This document shows, one piece after another, positions 1 to 10,915 of a stretch of 64,000 nucleotides of DNA. Source of the DNA: Candidatus Kapaibacterium sp. (GTDB taxonomy: Bacteria; Bacteroidota; Ignavibacteria; Kapaibacteriales; UBA2268); contig OY762428.1 in assembly GCA_963665665.1 (NCBI GenBank), positions 928,001 through 992,000 of the forward strand, in the 5' to 3' direction. Every line of letters starts with the position of its first letter. Position 1 is the stretch's first letter. Made by a program: the position numbers and the translations under genes. The notes under the pieces were generated by a model that saw only the letters and a list, made by a program, of their open reading frames with translations, was not told where the DNA came from and made no database searches.

Positions 1-606
1 ACCATTTCTATTCCCAGGATAAAACCGGCAGCGGATGCTCCTATCTCTCAGCATATTCCACACCAGGTTTCGGACAGAAATTTCAAGAAGCTGATAGCTG
101 TGTTAAGGTGTGCTGTTCCATATACCGGTATGATACTTTCAACAAGGGAAACTGCCGAATTACGCTCTGAAATTCTTGACCTCGGAGTATCACAGATAAG
201 CGCCGGATCTAAAACAAACCCCGGAGGCTACAAACAGGCTCTGCACCTGGATATGGAAGCCGGTCAGTTCAGCCTGAACGACTGCCGTACATCCGGGCAG
301 GTAATCCATGATGTTATTCAGCAGGGATTTGTTCCTTCATTCTGTACTGCTTGCTACAGGCTTGGCAGGATTGGAGAGGATTTTATGGACCTTGCAAAAC
401 CGGGCCTGATAAAACTGAACTGCCTGCCTAACGGATTAACAACACTGAAGGAATACTTAGTTGATTATGCAGATGAAGAAACAAAAAAACTTGGTAACGA
501 GCTGATTGAAAAAGAACTCGAAAATATTCCTTCTGAAACCAGGAAAAAGAAAACCAAAGAATATCTCGGAAAGATCGAGAACGGTGAAAGAGACCTTTAT
601 TTCTAA
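1..606 (+). CDS. hydG: [FeFe]-hydrogenase maturase HydG, C-terminal part (5' end outside window)
   Basis: Frame open from base 1 (TISIPRIKPA...). Contains VPYTGMILSTRE, GQFSLNDCR and the auxiliary cluster motif PSFCTACYR...C. Adjacent to hydE. Confidence 0.92.
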   Translation, partial: TISIPRIKPAADAPISQHIPHQVSDRNFKKLIAVLRCAVPYTGMILSTRETAELRSEILDLGVSQISAGSKTNPGGYKQALHLDMEAGQFSLNDCRTSGQVIHDVIQQGFVPSFCTACYRLGRIGEDFMDLAKPGLIKLNCLPNGLTTLKEYLVDYADEETKKLGNELIEKELENIPSETRKKKTKEYLGKIENGERDLYF

Positions 607-621
607 AATTTAAAAAACTTT

Positions 622-1719
622 ATGACTATAGACAAAATCCTTGAAAAGGATAAATTTACAAAAGAAGATATTATTTCCATGCTTTCGGCTGATGATGCGG
701 AAAGCATGGAAAAACTTCGGATAGCAGCCCACAATGTATTGATAAAATATTCAGGCCATTCAATTAATCTCCGAGGCCTTGTTGAATTTTCTAATTATTG
801 CACCTGTGATTGCAATTATTGCGGAATAAGGAAAAGCAATACTCATATAAAGAGATATAAGCTTTCCAGGGATGAAGTTGTTGAAATGGCTAAACTCGCA
901 GTAAAAAAAGGTTTTGGCTCTTTTGTACTTCAATCGGGTGATCGCTCGGATCCTGAATTTATTAATTATACTATTGACCTGCTGAAAGCCGTAAAAGAAG
1001 TATCAAAATCTGAACTACTGCCCGAAGGCCTCGGTATCACTCTTTGTATCGGCGAACAGACTCTTGACATATATAAAAGAATTTTCGAAGCAGGTGCACA
1101 TAGATATTTACTAAGGATTGAAACAACCAACAGAAAATTATTCTCACAAATTCACCCGGACTACCAGGATTTCGACAGCAGGATGAAATGCCTTGAGTAC
1201 CTGGACCAAGCCGGATACCAGGTTGGAACCGGAGTAATGATAGGCCTTCCGGGCCAGACAATAGAAGACCTTGCAAATGATATACTCTTTTTCAAATCCA
1301 GAGATATTGATATGATTGGCATGGGGCCGTATATAGTTCAGAACGATACTCCCATGGCCAGATTCAGGAACGAATGGGAAAAACAGAAATATTCCATTTA
1401 CCAGCTATCACTCAGGATGATTGCCGCAACAAGATTAGTCCTGAAAGATGTTAATATCGCATCTACCACGGCACTGGAAACAATACACCCAAGTGGCAAG
1501 AAAAACGGGCTTGCTTATGGCGGAAATGTGATAATGCCTCTGCTTACTCCGGAATCCATAAGAAAAGAATACAACCTTTACGACCAGAAACCGGTTAACG
1601 ACCCCTATGCCTGGCAGCTTGACCTTGACACCATGGATATCGGATATGGTATAACCAGGCCTATATCTAAAAACCAGTGGGGAGACGCAAAACATTTTGC
1701 AGCAAGGAAAGCTAAATAG
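622..1719 (+). CDS. hydE: [FeFe]-hydrogenase maturase HydE (radical SAM)
   Basis: RGLVEFSNYCTCDCNYCGIR (CxxxCxxC), YLLRIET, GTGVMIGLPGQ, ASTTALET, YNLYDQKP. Follows hydG. Confidence 0.9.
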   Translation: MTIDKILEKDKFTKEDIISMLSADDAESMEKLRIAAHNVLIKYSGHSINLRGLVEFSNYCTCDCNYCGIRKSNTHIKRYKLSRDEVVEMAKLAVKKGFGSFVLQSGDRSDPEFINYTIDLLKAVKEVSKSELLPEGLGITLCIGEQTLDIYKRIFEAGAHRYLLRIETTNRKLFSQIHPDYQDFDSRMKCLEYLDQAGYQVGTGVMIGLPGQTIEDLANDILFFKSRDIDMIGMGPYIVQNDTPMARFRNEWEKQKYSIYQLSLRMIAATRLVLKDVNIASTTALETIHPSGKKNGLAYGGNVIMPLLTPESIRKEYNLYDQKPVNDPYAWQLDLDTMDIGYGITRPISKNQWGDAKHFAARKAK

Positions 1720-2058
1720 CAGTTGTAATCCGGGCGAACAACAGCAAAAAACTCCTGAGCTGGAAATTTTTCCATGTACATTATATCATAATCCTGTTAT
1801 TGGCAGGCATCTCAGTAATTTCATACCTCGTCCGGTAGAAATTCCGTACAAAAATATTATTACCATTGCCGGGCATAGCAAACTTCAATATTTATAAACC
1901 AAATATTTACACGGCCAAATCGAATTCCGGAACTTCCTGATCAAAAAATCAATTGATAAAATGGTTCGACAGGACTAATAGATCGAAAATCTATATCAAA
2001 AAAGTGAAATTCGGTGTTTTCTGAGTAAAATTTTACCTGAAAAAGTGTCTCGGAAAGG

Positions 2059-2283
2059 ATGGGGGAACGCTCGGCAGACATGAGGGAACGCTCGGCAGAC
2101 ATGAGGGAACGCTCGGCGAGCATTAGGGAACACTCGGCAGGCATGGGGGAACGCTCGGCAGACATGGGGGAACACTCGGCAGACATGAGGGAACTCTCGG
2201 CAGGCATGGGAGAACGCTCGGCAGGCATGGGGGAACGCTCGGCAGGCATGGGGGAACGCTCGGCAGACATGAGGGAACGCTCG
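2059..2283. repeat. 21-bp tandem repeat, 10 full units plus a partial (consensus ATGRGGGAACRCTCGGCAGRC)
   Basis: Head-to-tail units start at 2059, 2080, 2101, 2122, 2143, 2164, 2185, 2206, 2227, 2248 and 2269. No spacers. Confidence 0.95.
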
Positions 2284-2947
2284 TATAACACAAAACTATG
2301 GTTTTCCGGTTTAGAAAACTGTTACAAAAAAACGTATAAGCAGTATTAAGACCCATAATATCATACAATTACATCAATGGCAACCTATTCAGCTAAATTC
2401 CTAAATAAAGATGATCCGTAACGCCGAAATAATAATATAACCGGGCACTGGTTTATCAGAATTTAATTAATGAAAGCCCCGGGAAAACATATAATGCTCC
2501 CGCAGGGGGAGTATGGCAATTGAAAATTTTCCTGCCTGCCGCCTTTGTCAAAAATTGATTTCTTCCCCATGCTTGATAAAAGATAACTACCTTTCAGCGA
2601 AGTAGCATTTTTCTATTAATTTTAAAAACATCTTACATATTTTTCTTTTTATGCTGAGTTGTAACAATAAAACTGATTTAAAAAAAAGTCAACAGATAAA
2701 AAAAAGCATACGCCCGAATTATCATTACGCAATGGAATTAGCCCGAAATTAAGTTATAAGGAGCCTAGTACATTTCAAAATTAATATTCTCGCTGCAATG
2801 ATTTTAATTTTTTCTAAAATTAATGAATAGTATACAACAAAACATTTTTTTAACGTCATTAACTGTAGTTTTTGAATTCTGTAACGGGGAATAGAAGAAA
2901 CCCTTTAAAAATGATAATAAATTTGTATCACAATAATTGTTAGAAAA

Positions 2948-3934
2948 ATGATTGATTTAACCACAAAGTACATGGGCCTTACGCTCAGAAACCCGATAAT
3001 TGTGGGTTCATCCGGTTTAAGCGAAACACTTGACGGCCTGAAAGACCTTGAAAAGCACGGAGCAGGTGCTGTAGTATTGAAGTCACTTTTTGAAGAAGAA
3101 ATTATTCTTGAAATGCAGCAGGCAGCTGCACAAATGAATGCTCCCGGGAATATTTACCCTGAAATGAACGATTTCTTTGACCTTGATACTGTCGAGGACA
3201 GCGTTAGTAAATATCTTCGATTGATTGAAGATGCCAAGAAAGAACTTTCTATTCCTGTTATTGCAAGTGTAAACTGTGTCAGCTCCCACGAGTGGCCTGT
3301 TTTTGCAAAAAGAATTGAAAAAGCAGGCGCCGATGCACTTGAGCTAAACGTATTCCTTCTTCCTTCTGATTTTGAACACACCAGCGAGGAAAATGAAAAA
3401 GTTTATTTCGAAGTTATTGATAAGGTGAAAAAGGAAATTTCCATACCTGTTTCACTGAAAATCAGCTATTTCTTCTCCAATCTTGGTTCGATGATCAAGA
3501 GATTATCCGAAACAAATGTTGATGCACTCGTGATGTTCAACAGGTCGTATAATCCGGATTTCAATATTGATAACTTCTCGATTACATCAACCAACGTTTT
3601 AAGTACCCCGGGTTCACTGTCAACTTCACTCAGGTGGATTGCTATTATGAGCCAGCGCGTAAGCTGCGACCTTGCAGCTTCAACAGGCGTACATAGCGGC
3701 AGGGCTGTTATCAAGCAGATACTTGCCGGTGCACAGGCAGTGCAGGTTGTATCAGCGCTTTACAGGCACGGCAACCATAAGCTGAGCGCCATACTTGACG
3801 AAATGGTAGAATGGATGAAGGAAAAAGGCTACGACAGCCCGGATGAATTCCGCGGACGTATGAGCCAGGCACGCAGCGGCAACCCCGCCGCCTACGAGCG
3901 CGTTCAATTTATGAAGTATTTCTCCGGAAAATAG
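2948..3934 (+). CDS. Dihydroorotate dehydrogenase-like flavoprotein
   Basis: LTTKYMGLTLRNPIIVGSS, GAGAVVLKSLFEEEI, GADALELN, AASTGVH, ILAGAQAVQV, YERVQFMK are typical of the DHOD-like family. Confidence 0.88.
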   Translation: MIDLTTKYMGLTLRNPIIVGSSGLSETLDGLKDLEKHGAGAVVLKSLFEEEIILEMQQAAAQMNAPGNIYPEMNDFFDLDTVEDSVSKYLRLIEDAKKELSIPVIASVNCVSSHEWPVFAKRIEKAGADALELNVFLLPSDFEHTSEENEKVYFEVIDKVKKEISIPVSLKISYFFSNLGSMIKRLSETNVDALVMFNRSYNPDFNIDNFSITSTNVLSTPGSLSTSLRWIAIMSQRVSCDLAASTGVHSGRAVIKQILAGAQAVQVVSALYRHGNHKLSAILDEMVEWMKEKGYDSPDEFRGRMSQARSGNPAAYERVQFMKYFSGK

Positions 3935-3954
3935 TAAGCTGTTAAGAATAATTT

Positions 3955-3990
3955 AACCTCCTGATTGCATTAGCCTTCAGGAGGTTTTTT
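3955..3990 (+). terminator. Intrinsic terminator
   Basis: AACCTCCTGA...TCAGGAGGTT stem followed by a T-run. Confidence 0.85.
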
Positions 3991-4180
3991 AATTGACAGA
4001 ATCAATATAGAATGTATAAAATCTGTAATCAGGAATACTATATCTGTTTTTTTACAAATCTTAAAAATTGATATTAATTCCAACTTGTAGCCGGATTTAA
4101 TGTAAGCAATAATTATATTGATCTATTTTTTTGAAAAAGTTAAAACCAATTTTATCCCTTAATCTTTCCCGAATTTTTCA

Positions 4181-4188
4181 TAATTTTG
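4181..4188 (+). promoter_or_regulatory. Bacteroidota-type -7 promoter element (TAATTTTG) upstream of leuS
   Basis: Matches TAnnTTTG. Similar elements precede surA (8481), valS (29423-29430, minus), uppP (37263-37270, minus), sufC (58920) and rpoZ (61637-61644, minus). Confidence 0.55.
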
Positions 4189-4224
4189 AGGTTTGTTTTA
4201 TTCAACATAATTATAAAGATAATC

Positions 4225-6819
4225 ATGGCATCATATCCTTTCAACGAGATCGAGCCTGAATGGCAAAAGTACTGGGAAAAAAATGAAGTTTACAAAATAG
4301 AAGACGATTTCTCGAAACCCAAATATTTTATCCTTGATATGTTCCCCTACCCGAGCGGGGCAGGACTGCATATAGGCCATCCTGAAGGGTACACGGCAAC
4401 CGACATTGTTGCGCGATATAAAAAAATGAAAGGATTTAACGTTCTCCACCCAATGGGTTTTGATGCTTTCGGGTTGCCAACGGAACGTTACTGCATGACA
4501 AAAAAAATTCACCCAAACGAGGCTACTGAGATAAACATCGGCGTATTTAAGTATCAGCTTAAAAGCCTTGGCCTGGGTTACGACTGGAACAGGGAAATTA
4601 ATACTACCGACCCCGAATACTACAGATGGACACAGTGGATGTTTCTGAAAATTTATAATTCCTGGTTCGATGAAGAGCAGCAGATTGCCCGCCCGATAGA
4701 AGAACTTCCTATTCCCGAACATCTTACCGACGAGAAGGAAATTCAGGATTACGTGGACGAATACAGGCTGGCATACATTGCTATGATACCTGTTAACTGG
4801 TGTGAAGAGCTGGGAACTGTTCTGGCAAACGAAGAAGTTGACGAGTGGCGCGAAAAAGGCTACACAGTGGAACGCCGCCCCATGCGTCAGTGGATGCTCC
4901 GCATAACTAAATATGCACAACGCCTTCTGGATGACCTTGACCTGGTGGAATGGCCGACTTCCACGATGGATATGCAGAAAAACTGGATTGGCAAAAGCAG
5001 CGGTGCAGAAGTAACATTCAAAGTAAAGAACAGCGACGAGGAAATACTTGTTTTCACCACCAGGCCCGATACTTTGTTCGGTGCAAGCTATGTTGTTCTT
5101 GCCCCGGAACATGAACTGGTTTCAAAAATTGTTGCTGACAACAAAAAAGAAGAAGTAGAAAAATATATTGCCACATCAGCATTGAAGAGCGATCTGGAAA
5201 GAACCGAACTCAGCAAGGAAAAAACTGGTATTTTTATCGGATCTTACGCTGTTAATCCCGTTAATGGTGAAGAGGTTCCAATCTGGATAGCCGATTATGT
5301 ATTGGCTCATTACGGAACCGGCGCTATTATGGCAGTTCCCGGACACGATTCGAGAGATCATGAATTTGCAACTGCGATGGATATGCCGATTAAAAAAGTA
5401 GTTGCTCCGGCTGACGGAAGCGAATGGGATATAAAAGCCGAAGCCATGACAGAATACGGTGTTGGCGTTAATTCCGATTACGGCGATCTGAATATTAACG
5501 GAATGCCCACGGCAGAAGCCAAGGAACACACAAATAAATGGCTTGAAGAAAAGGGAATCGGCAAGGCAAAAATTCAGTATAAACTCAGGGACTGGCTATT
5601 CTCGCGCCAGCGCTACTGGGGCGAACCGATGCCAATAATGTTCTTCGAGGACGGAACGCGCCGCGCCCTGAACGAGGATGAGCTACCACTGACTCTCCCG
5701 GATGTTATTGATTTCCACCCGGCAGGTACAGGCGAATCTCCATTGGCAAAAATTGATTCCTGGATAAATTTCACTGATCCCATGACAGGTAAAAAAGCAA
5801 GGTTTGAAACAAATACAATGCCGCAGTGGGCGGGCTCATGCTGGTATTACCTGCGCTATACTGACCCTCATAACCATGAGATTTTTGCTGATCCTGAAAA
5901 GGAAGAATACTGGATGAACGGTGGCGGAGTTGACCTTTACGTTGGTGGCGCCGAACACGCCGTACTCCACCTTCTTTATGCCCGTTTCTGGCACAAAGTT
6001 CTTTACGATTATGGCTACGTAAGCACGAAAGAGCCATTTAAAAAACTTTTCCATCAGGGGCTGATAATGGGCGAGGACGGACGTAAAATGAGTAAATCTC
6101 TCGGGAACGTCATCAACCCGGACGATGTGGTTGCTGAATTCGGAGCTGATTCTCTCAGGATATTTGAAATGTTCCTCGGGCCTCTGGAACAGTCAAAACC
6201 CTGGTCCAAAACAGGTATTGACGGCGTTAACCGCTTCCTTGCGCGCGTATGGAGAATGATCATTTCTGAAGATAAAACAGACGAAAACGGAAACAAAATA
6301 TATACTGCTATTGTTGATGATGTTGATATGACCGCCGAACAGGAATACATTCTCCACAGCACTATCAAAAAAGTAGGCGAGGACATTGAAAACCTGCGTT
6401 TCAATACCGCAGTATCACAGATGATGATATTCGTTAATGAATTTACAAAATCCAAAACCAAACCGCGCGAGGCGATGGAGAAATTCGTTCTTTGCCTCGC
6501 TCCGTTTGCTCCGCATATAGCAGAAACGCTTTGGATGGCATTAAAAGGCAAAACATCTTACGAATCTCCCGAAGAATCAGTTGTTTTCCGTGATTTCCCG
6601 GATTTCGATGAGGCTAAGACCAAGAAGCAGGAAATTGAATTTGTTGTCCAGGTATTAAGCAAGATCAGGGCAAAGATCAAAGTTCAGCCGGGCTTAGCAC
6701 AGGAAGAAATGGAAGAAATTGCCAAAAATGACGAAAAGGTTAAAAAGCATCTGGAAGGCAAGACAATTCGAAAAGTGATCTTTGTTCCAAATAAATTGAT
6801 CAATTTTATTGCAAATTAA
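4225..6819 (+). CDS. leuS: Leucine--tRNA ligase
   Basis: [14 protein letters not shown] (HIGH), KMSKS, editing domain [26 protein letters not shown] at 4225 preferred over TTG at 4186. Confidence 0.98.
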   Translation: MASYPFNEIEPEWQKYWEKNEVYKIEDDFSKPKYFILDMFPYPSGAGLHIGHPEGYTATDIVARYKKMKGFNVLHPMGFDAFGLPTERYCMTKKIHPNEATEINIGVFKYQLKSLGLGYDWNREINTTDPEYYRWTQWMFLKIYNSWFDEEQQIARPIEELPIPEHLTDEKEIQDYVDEYRLAYIAMIPVNWCEELGTVLANEEVDEWREKGYTVERRPMRQWMLRITKYAQRLLDDLDLVEWPTSTMDMQKNWIGKSSGAEVTFKVKNSDEEILVFTTRPDTLFGASYVVLAPEHELVSKIVADNKKEEVEKYIATSALKSDLERTELSKEKTGIFIGSYAVNPVNGEEVPIWIADYVLAHYGTGAIMAVPGHDSRDHEFATAMDMPIKKVVAPADGSEWDIKAEAMTEYGVGVNSDYGDLNINGMPTAEAKEHTNKWLEEKGIGKAKIQYKLRDWLFSRQRYWGEPMPIMFFEDGTRRALNEDELPLTLPDVIDFHPAGTGESPLAKIDSWINFTDPMTGKKARFETNTMPQWAGSCWYYLRYTDPHNHEIFADPEKEEYWMNGGGVDLYVGGAEHAVLHLLYARFWHKVLYDYGYVSTKEPFKKLFHQGLIMGEDGRKMSKSLGNVINPDDVVAEFGADSLRIFEMFLGPLEQSKPWSKTGIDGVNRFLARVWRMIISEDKTDENGNKIYTAIVDDVDMTAEQEYILHSTIKKVGEDIENLRFNTAVSQMMIFVNEFTKSKTKPREAMEKFVLCLAPFAPHIAETLWMALKGKTSYESPEESVVFRDFPDFDEAKTKKQEIEFVVQVLSKIRAKIKVQPGLAQEEMEEIAKNDEKVKKHLEGKTIRKVIFVPNKLINFIAN

Positions 6820-6845
6820 AATTATTATAATGATAAAAAATGTTG

Positions 6846-6874
6846 AAGCCCGGTAAAAATTATCGGGCTTTTTT
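6846..6874 (+). terminator. Intrinsic terminator after leuS
   Basis: AAGCCCGGTA-AAAAT-TATCGGGCTT followed by a T-run. Confidence 0.85.
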
Positions 6875-7093
6875 CTTTGATAAATTTATAAAATATCATA
6901 TATTTATAAATAAGATCATTCAGTCAGGGAATAATAATTACGTTCAGGCAATAATTGAATAATAAGCACTAATATTTTGATATGGACTTATATTACTATC
7001 ATGCCGAATGTGTATGATAGCAGTAAGTTTCACCTTTTACACTTTTATAAGTTTTTTAAAGGCTAAAAATTAATTTTTTCAAAAGGGTTTATC

Positions 7094-8275
7094 ATGAAGA
7101 ACTATTTTACAACATTGATTTGCTTATTTGCTTTAACGTATTTCTCATCCGCACAATGGCAGGAATGCAACAACGGTTTGGGCAATTTAATGACAAGCAG
7201 CATTACTAGTAGCGGCAACAATCTTTTTGTCGGGTCTTTGGACGGGATTTTCTGCTCAACTGACATGGGAAATTCATGGACTCAGAAAAACAACGGCCTG
7301 AGCAATAAAATGGTTAACGCACTGGCAAGCCTGAACGGGACAATTTTCGCAGGTTGCTTTCAGGGCGGTGTTTACTGTTCAACAAATAATGGTGAATCCT
7401 GGAAAGCCAAAAATAACGGCCTTGGAACCCCGACAATTCTTACATTTTTCACCGTTGAAAACAGGATATATGCCGGAACCAACGGAAGCGGTATATATGT
7501 TTCTGATAATTACGGCGAATCCTGGACACAAAAGAATAACGGCCTGGAAAATCATGGTATCTGGTCGATTTACATGAAAGGCAGTACGCTCTTTATCGGT
7601 ACGGCTCTTGGAATTTATGTTTCCGATAATAACGGCGATAACTGGACAAATAAAAGTAACGGGATTGAAGATAAAGTAATCAGGGCTATTGTTGAGATTG
7701 AAGGGATTCTTTCTGCCGGAACAGACGGAGCCGGAGTTTATATTTCCACCGATAACGGTGAGAATTGGACTGAAAGCAATAACGGATTGGATAATAAAAT
7801 TGTCCTGTCGCAAGCAGTTTACGGCAACAATATATTTACGGGAACAAGTGGGGGCGGAGTTTACTTATCGGAAGACGAAGGTGATTCATGGAGCCAGGTA
7901 AATACAGGCTTGTCAAATCTGACAATAAAGGTTTTAATGATCGATGGTGATAATATTTATTGCTGTACATCAGGAGGAGGATTATTCAAAGCTAATGTCT
8001 CAGATTTTATTACCGGCGTTGAAAATAAGGAATTATCATCCGATATAAATATATTTCCAAATCCGGCAGATGATTTTATATCTATTCAAACACAAGAGAA
8101 TAATATCGGTTATGATTTGGAAATACTGGATTCCAGGGGACAATCGGTAATGATATTTAACAGCATTTCTATTTTATCAGATAAAATTGATATATCAATG
8201 CTTCCGGCAGGTTTTTATATCGTAAAAATATCATCTGAATCAAAAATTGAAACAGGGGATTTTATTAAATATTGA
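7094..8275 (+). CDS. Secreted BNR/Asp-box beta-propeller protein with T9SS type A sorting domain
   Basis: Signal peptide, repeated G(I/V)YxSxDNGxxWxxxNNGL motifs, C-terminal IFPNPA...LPAGFYIVKI. Confidence 0.88.
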   Translation: MKNYFTTLICLFALTYFSSAQWQECNNGLGNLMTSSITSSGNNLFVGSLDGIFCSTDMGNSWTQKNNGLSNKMVNALASLNGTIFAGCFQGGVYCSTNNGESWKAKNNGLGTPTILTFFTVENRIYAGTNGSGIYVSDNYGESWTQKNNGLENHGIWSIYMKGSTLFIGTALGIYVSDNNGDNWTNKSNGIEDKVIRAIVEIEGILSAGTDGAGVYISTDNGENWTESNNGLDNKIVLSQAVYGNNIFTGTSGGGVYLSEDEGDSWSQVNTGLSNLTIKVLMIDGDNIYCCTSGGGLFKANVSDFITGVENKELSSDINIFPNPADDFISIQTQENNIGYDLEILDSRGQSVMIFNSISILSDKIDISMLPAGFYIVKISSESKIETGDFIKY

Positions 8276-8530
8276 TATAATATTTCGAAAATTTTTATTC
8301 TGTTTGATGCATATTTCCCGCGAGGTAATAAATTCTTTTAGGCGGCATATTTCATAATTCATTTATCAATAGTTGAATTGAACTTCGATACAAATTACTC
8401 GCAAGCATAAAATAAAAGCCCATGCTTATCCGATATCAATAAATGGATAGCATTTTTTTCAATTAGTGAACGAAATTGCGTAAATTTGTTCTAACTGGAT
8501 TATTGTGAAATTTAATGAAACGCGTTACTC

Positions 8531-9832
8531 ATGATGAAAAGCCTAAAATTGTTGATTATCCCGGCATTATTGCTAACTTTCGTGGTATTCAAATCAAATG
8601 CCCAGGTGGAAGACGGGCAGACTATAGATAAAATTATCGCCATAGTCGGCGAGGAAATAGTAATGAAATCCGACCTTGACGGATCGCTTATGTTCCTTGC
8701 CTCGCAAAATCCCGGCATAGATATTAACGATCCTGAAGTCAGGAAAATGGTTCTGGACAACCTTATTAACGAAAAAATACTCGTTACTAAAGCTATTGAA
8801 GATTCTATTGAAGTTGCAGACGAGGAAGTCAATCAGCAGCTCGACTACCTGATACAGCTGAAAGTACAGCAGCTTGGATCTGAAAAACGCGTTGAAGATG
8901 TTTACGGAATTTCCATTAGCAGGCTGCGTTATGAATACCGCGAGGAAGTGAAAAAGCAAATACTAAGCGAGAAATTCCGACAGCAAATGTTGGGTGAGAT
9001 AACAACTACTCCTAAGGAAGTTGAAGAATTCTACCAGGAATATATTGACTCGCTCCCCATGATACCCGCTCAGGTGGAACTTTATCATATTGTTAAGAAT
9101 ATTGAAGCAGATAATACAGCTAAAAAAGATGTATTTAAACTTGCCCGTGCAGTCAGGGACAGCATAATAAACGGAGGGGATTTCGCGGAATTTGCAAAAC
9201 GCTACAGCAGCGACCCCGGAACTAAGGATGAAGGCGGCGACCTTGGTTGGGTAAGCAAAGGCAAATTCTATCCCGAATTTGAAAAAGCCGCATTCTCGCT
9301 TAATAAAGATGAAATTTCCATTCCTGTTGAAACACCTTTTGGCTTCCACATCATTCAGACTCTTGAAAAAAGAGAGGATGCAATGCACTCCAGGCATATA
9401 CTTTTCCGTGTAGGGCAATCCACAGAAGACAGGGACAAAGCAAAGAACGCTCTGCTCGACCTGAAAAAGCAGGTGGAAGAAGGCGCATCGTTCGAAAATT
9501 TAGCTAAAGAACATTCCGATGATAAGGACACAAAGGGGTTTGGCGGTTTCATCGGCAGGGTCAGGATGAACGAAATGCCGGCAAACTTCCGTGAAGCTAT
9601 CCAGGGGCTTGATGATGGCGGTGTTAGCGAACCTTTGCCCTACAATGGCGACCCAACCAAGCAGGCATACCATATTATCTGGAAGAAACAAGAGATACCT
9701 GCCCATAAGCCTTCGCTTAAAGAAGATTATAAGATAATTGAAAAAATGGCGCAGAACAGTAAGAAAACCAATGAATACCAGAAAAAGATGGATGAGCTGA
9801 GGAATGAAATTTATTGGGAAATAAAAGAGTAG
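8531..9832 (+). CDS. surA: SurA-type peptidyl-prolyl isomerase chaperone
   Basis: Signal peptide, IDKIIAIVGEEIVMKSD N-domain, two parvulin domains (FAEFAKRYSSDPG...GGDLGW, ETPFGFHIIQ, FENLAKEHSDD). Confidence 0.88.
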   Translation: MMKSLKLLIIPALLLTFVVFKSNAQVEDGQTIDKIIAIVGEEIVMKSDLDGSLMFLASQNPGIDINDPEVRKMVLDNLINEKILVTKAIEDSIEVADEEVNQQLDYLIQLKVQQLGSEKRVEDVYGISISRLRYEYREEVKKQILSEKFRQQMLGEITTTPKEVEEFYQEYIDSLPMIPAQVELYHIVKNIEADNTAKKDVFKLARAVRDSIINGGDFAEFAKRYSSDPGTKDEGGDLGWVSKGKFYPEFEKAAFSLNKDEISIPVETPFGFHIIQTLEKREDAMHSRHILFRVGQSTEDRDKAKNALLDLKKQVEEGASFENLAKEHSDDKDTKGFGGFIGRVRMNEMPANFREAIQGLDDGGVSEPLPYNGDPTKQAYHIIWKKQEIPAHKPSLKEDYKIIEKMAQNSKKTNEYQKKMDELRNEIYWEIKE

Positions 9833-9855
9833 CACTATTCTTAATAGTATAGAAC

Positions 9856-9893
9856 AATCCCCTCTATAGAATAATATAGCGGGGATTTTTTTT
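9856..9893 (+). terminator. Intrinsic terminator after surA, bounding the convergent RHS array
   Basis: AATCCCCTCTATA...TATAGCGGGGATT followed by a T-run. Confidence 0.85.
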
Positions 9894-10075
9894 GCTGTTA
9901 TTATTTTGGTAAAACTACAGGATAGCAAACCTGCCATGCGCCGCTGATTCTCGGGTCATTCATGCGGAATTCAGTAGTCAGGCTGTTCCCTGCGCCCTTT
10001 ATCTTATCATCCTTTTCCATGCCGTTAAAGCCCCACCTGTTGCTGCCGCCAAAGAACCTGCCTTCCTCCATAAAC

Positions 10076-10180
10076 CCATTGTCTGAACTATGATTTTTGG
10101 GATGGGCAGGATTAATAGGATAAGAAATCTGAACATCCTATAATCCTTCTTTATCCTATACATCCCAGTGCAGAAAATGG
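10076..10180. mobile_element. 105-bp imperfect-palindrome element replacing ~70 bp of the RHS arm (copy 1)
   Basis: Ends CCATTGTCTGAACTATGAT and ATCCCAGTGCAGAAAATGG are inverted repeats, with internal GGAT/ATCC repeats. Second copy at 13950-14054. Confidence 0.75.
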
Positions 10181-10368
10181 AAACAGTGGCGCGCACATTA
10201 CCGAGGTGGTCAGTTAAGTGATATTGCTTTTCGCCCACAATGCGGTAAAACTGGCTGCCCCGGTCATACTCCAGTGGCTCGTATGCCAGTTCTTCCTTCG
10301 GCTGGCGAATGGCAAACTTACCATGCGCCGCCGAGCCGTATATATCCCACTCGGAGAGGATGGGGTTT

Positions 10369-10381
10369 GTTTTCAAAGAAC
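10369..10381 (-). promoter_or_regulatory. Cassette-start motif GTTCTTTGAAAAC (boxA-like), C8
   Basis: Exact 13-mer, 27 nt after the upstream immunity stop codon. Confidence 0.65.
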
Positions 10382-10408
10382 TGGAGAAATATCTGCATTT
10401 AATAAAAA

Positions 10409-10915
10409 TTAATAAAAATAATTATTTTTTTGATTTCCAATAAAATCAATTTTTGCCTTAACTTTTTTCCAATTTTTGGAATAAATATAAAATATTGTAT
10501 CATTTTTAGGTTTCATTATCAAATCATATTTGAAGTAACGGGTATATTCTCTGGGTATTCTGATTCTTATTGAATTTGAATCAATTACCTTAATAAAAAA
10601 GTAATTAAAATTCAATAAACTATGATTTATACAAGAATCAAGTGAAATCATTATATTTGAATATGAACTATGATAACTATTTTTTATACTATATATTTGA
10701 CCGATTATTATATAATTTAAAAAGGCTCTATTGCATGAATCAGATACAATACTTTTTTCATTTGATGTTAGGTATCTAATATTGTAAGGTTCACTATACA
10801 TTTCTTCTTCATTAATAATTGATTGTCTAATAACAAAAATGGCAAATACCACCCCAGATATTGCAATGATAAATGTTAAAATTGTAATTAAACATCCATT
10901 TTTTTTCTTTACCAC
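10409..10915 (-). CDS. Putative immunity protein for C7 (N-terminal membrane anchor)
   Basis: Start overlaps the toxin stop by 1 nt. Very AT-rich, with a hydrophobic N-terminal helix. Confidence 0.75.
   Translation of the reverse strand: MVKKKNGCLITILTFIIAISGVVFAIFVIRQSIINEEEMYSEPYNIRYLTSNEKSIVSDSCNRAFLNYIIIGQIYSIKNSYHSSYSNIMISLDSCINHSLLNFNYFFIKVIDSNSIRIRIPREYTRYFKYDLIMKPKNDTIFYIYSKNWKKVKAKIDFIGNQKNNYFY

Larger units (their letters stand above)
9922..10381 (-). pseudogene. Orphan RHS cassette C8: homology arm only, frameshifted and truncated, no toxin tip or immunity gene
   Basis: MKTNPILSEWDIYG...GNVRATVS, then a 105-bp hairpin replacement, then FMEEGRFFGGSNRWGFNGMEKDD...NDPRI in another frame, ending at a junction near 9945. 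Confidence 0.85.

Noticed and set aside
2059-2283. CRISPR array
   Set aside because: Repeats are contiguous with no unique spacers, and no cas genes are present.
1941-2368. ORFs 1941-2291, 2059-2349 and 2123-2368 as genes
   Set aside because: They are open only because the 21-bp unit lacks stops. No independent coding evidence.
2833-2860. Fourth copy of the ECF promoter (TACAAC...CGTCATT) before the DHOD-like gene
   Set aside because: The -35 sequence and spacing differ from the three matching copies. It could serve another sigma but is unsupported.
4231-6551. Long antisense ORFs inside leuS (similarly inside valS, surA, the SPOR gene and sufC)
   Set aside because: Shadow frames of well-supported genes, with no recognisable motifs.
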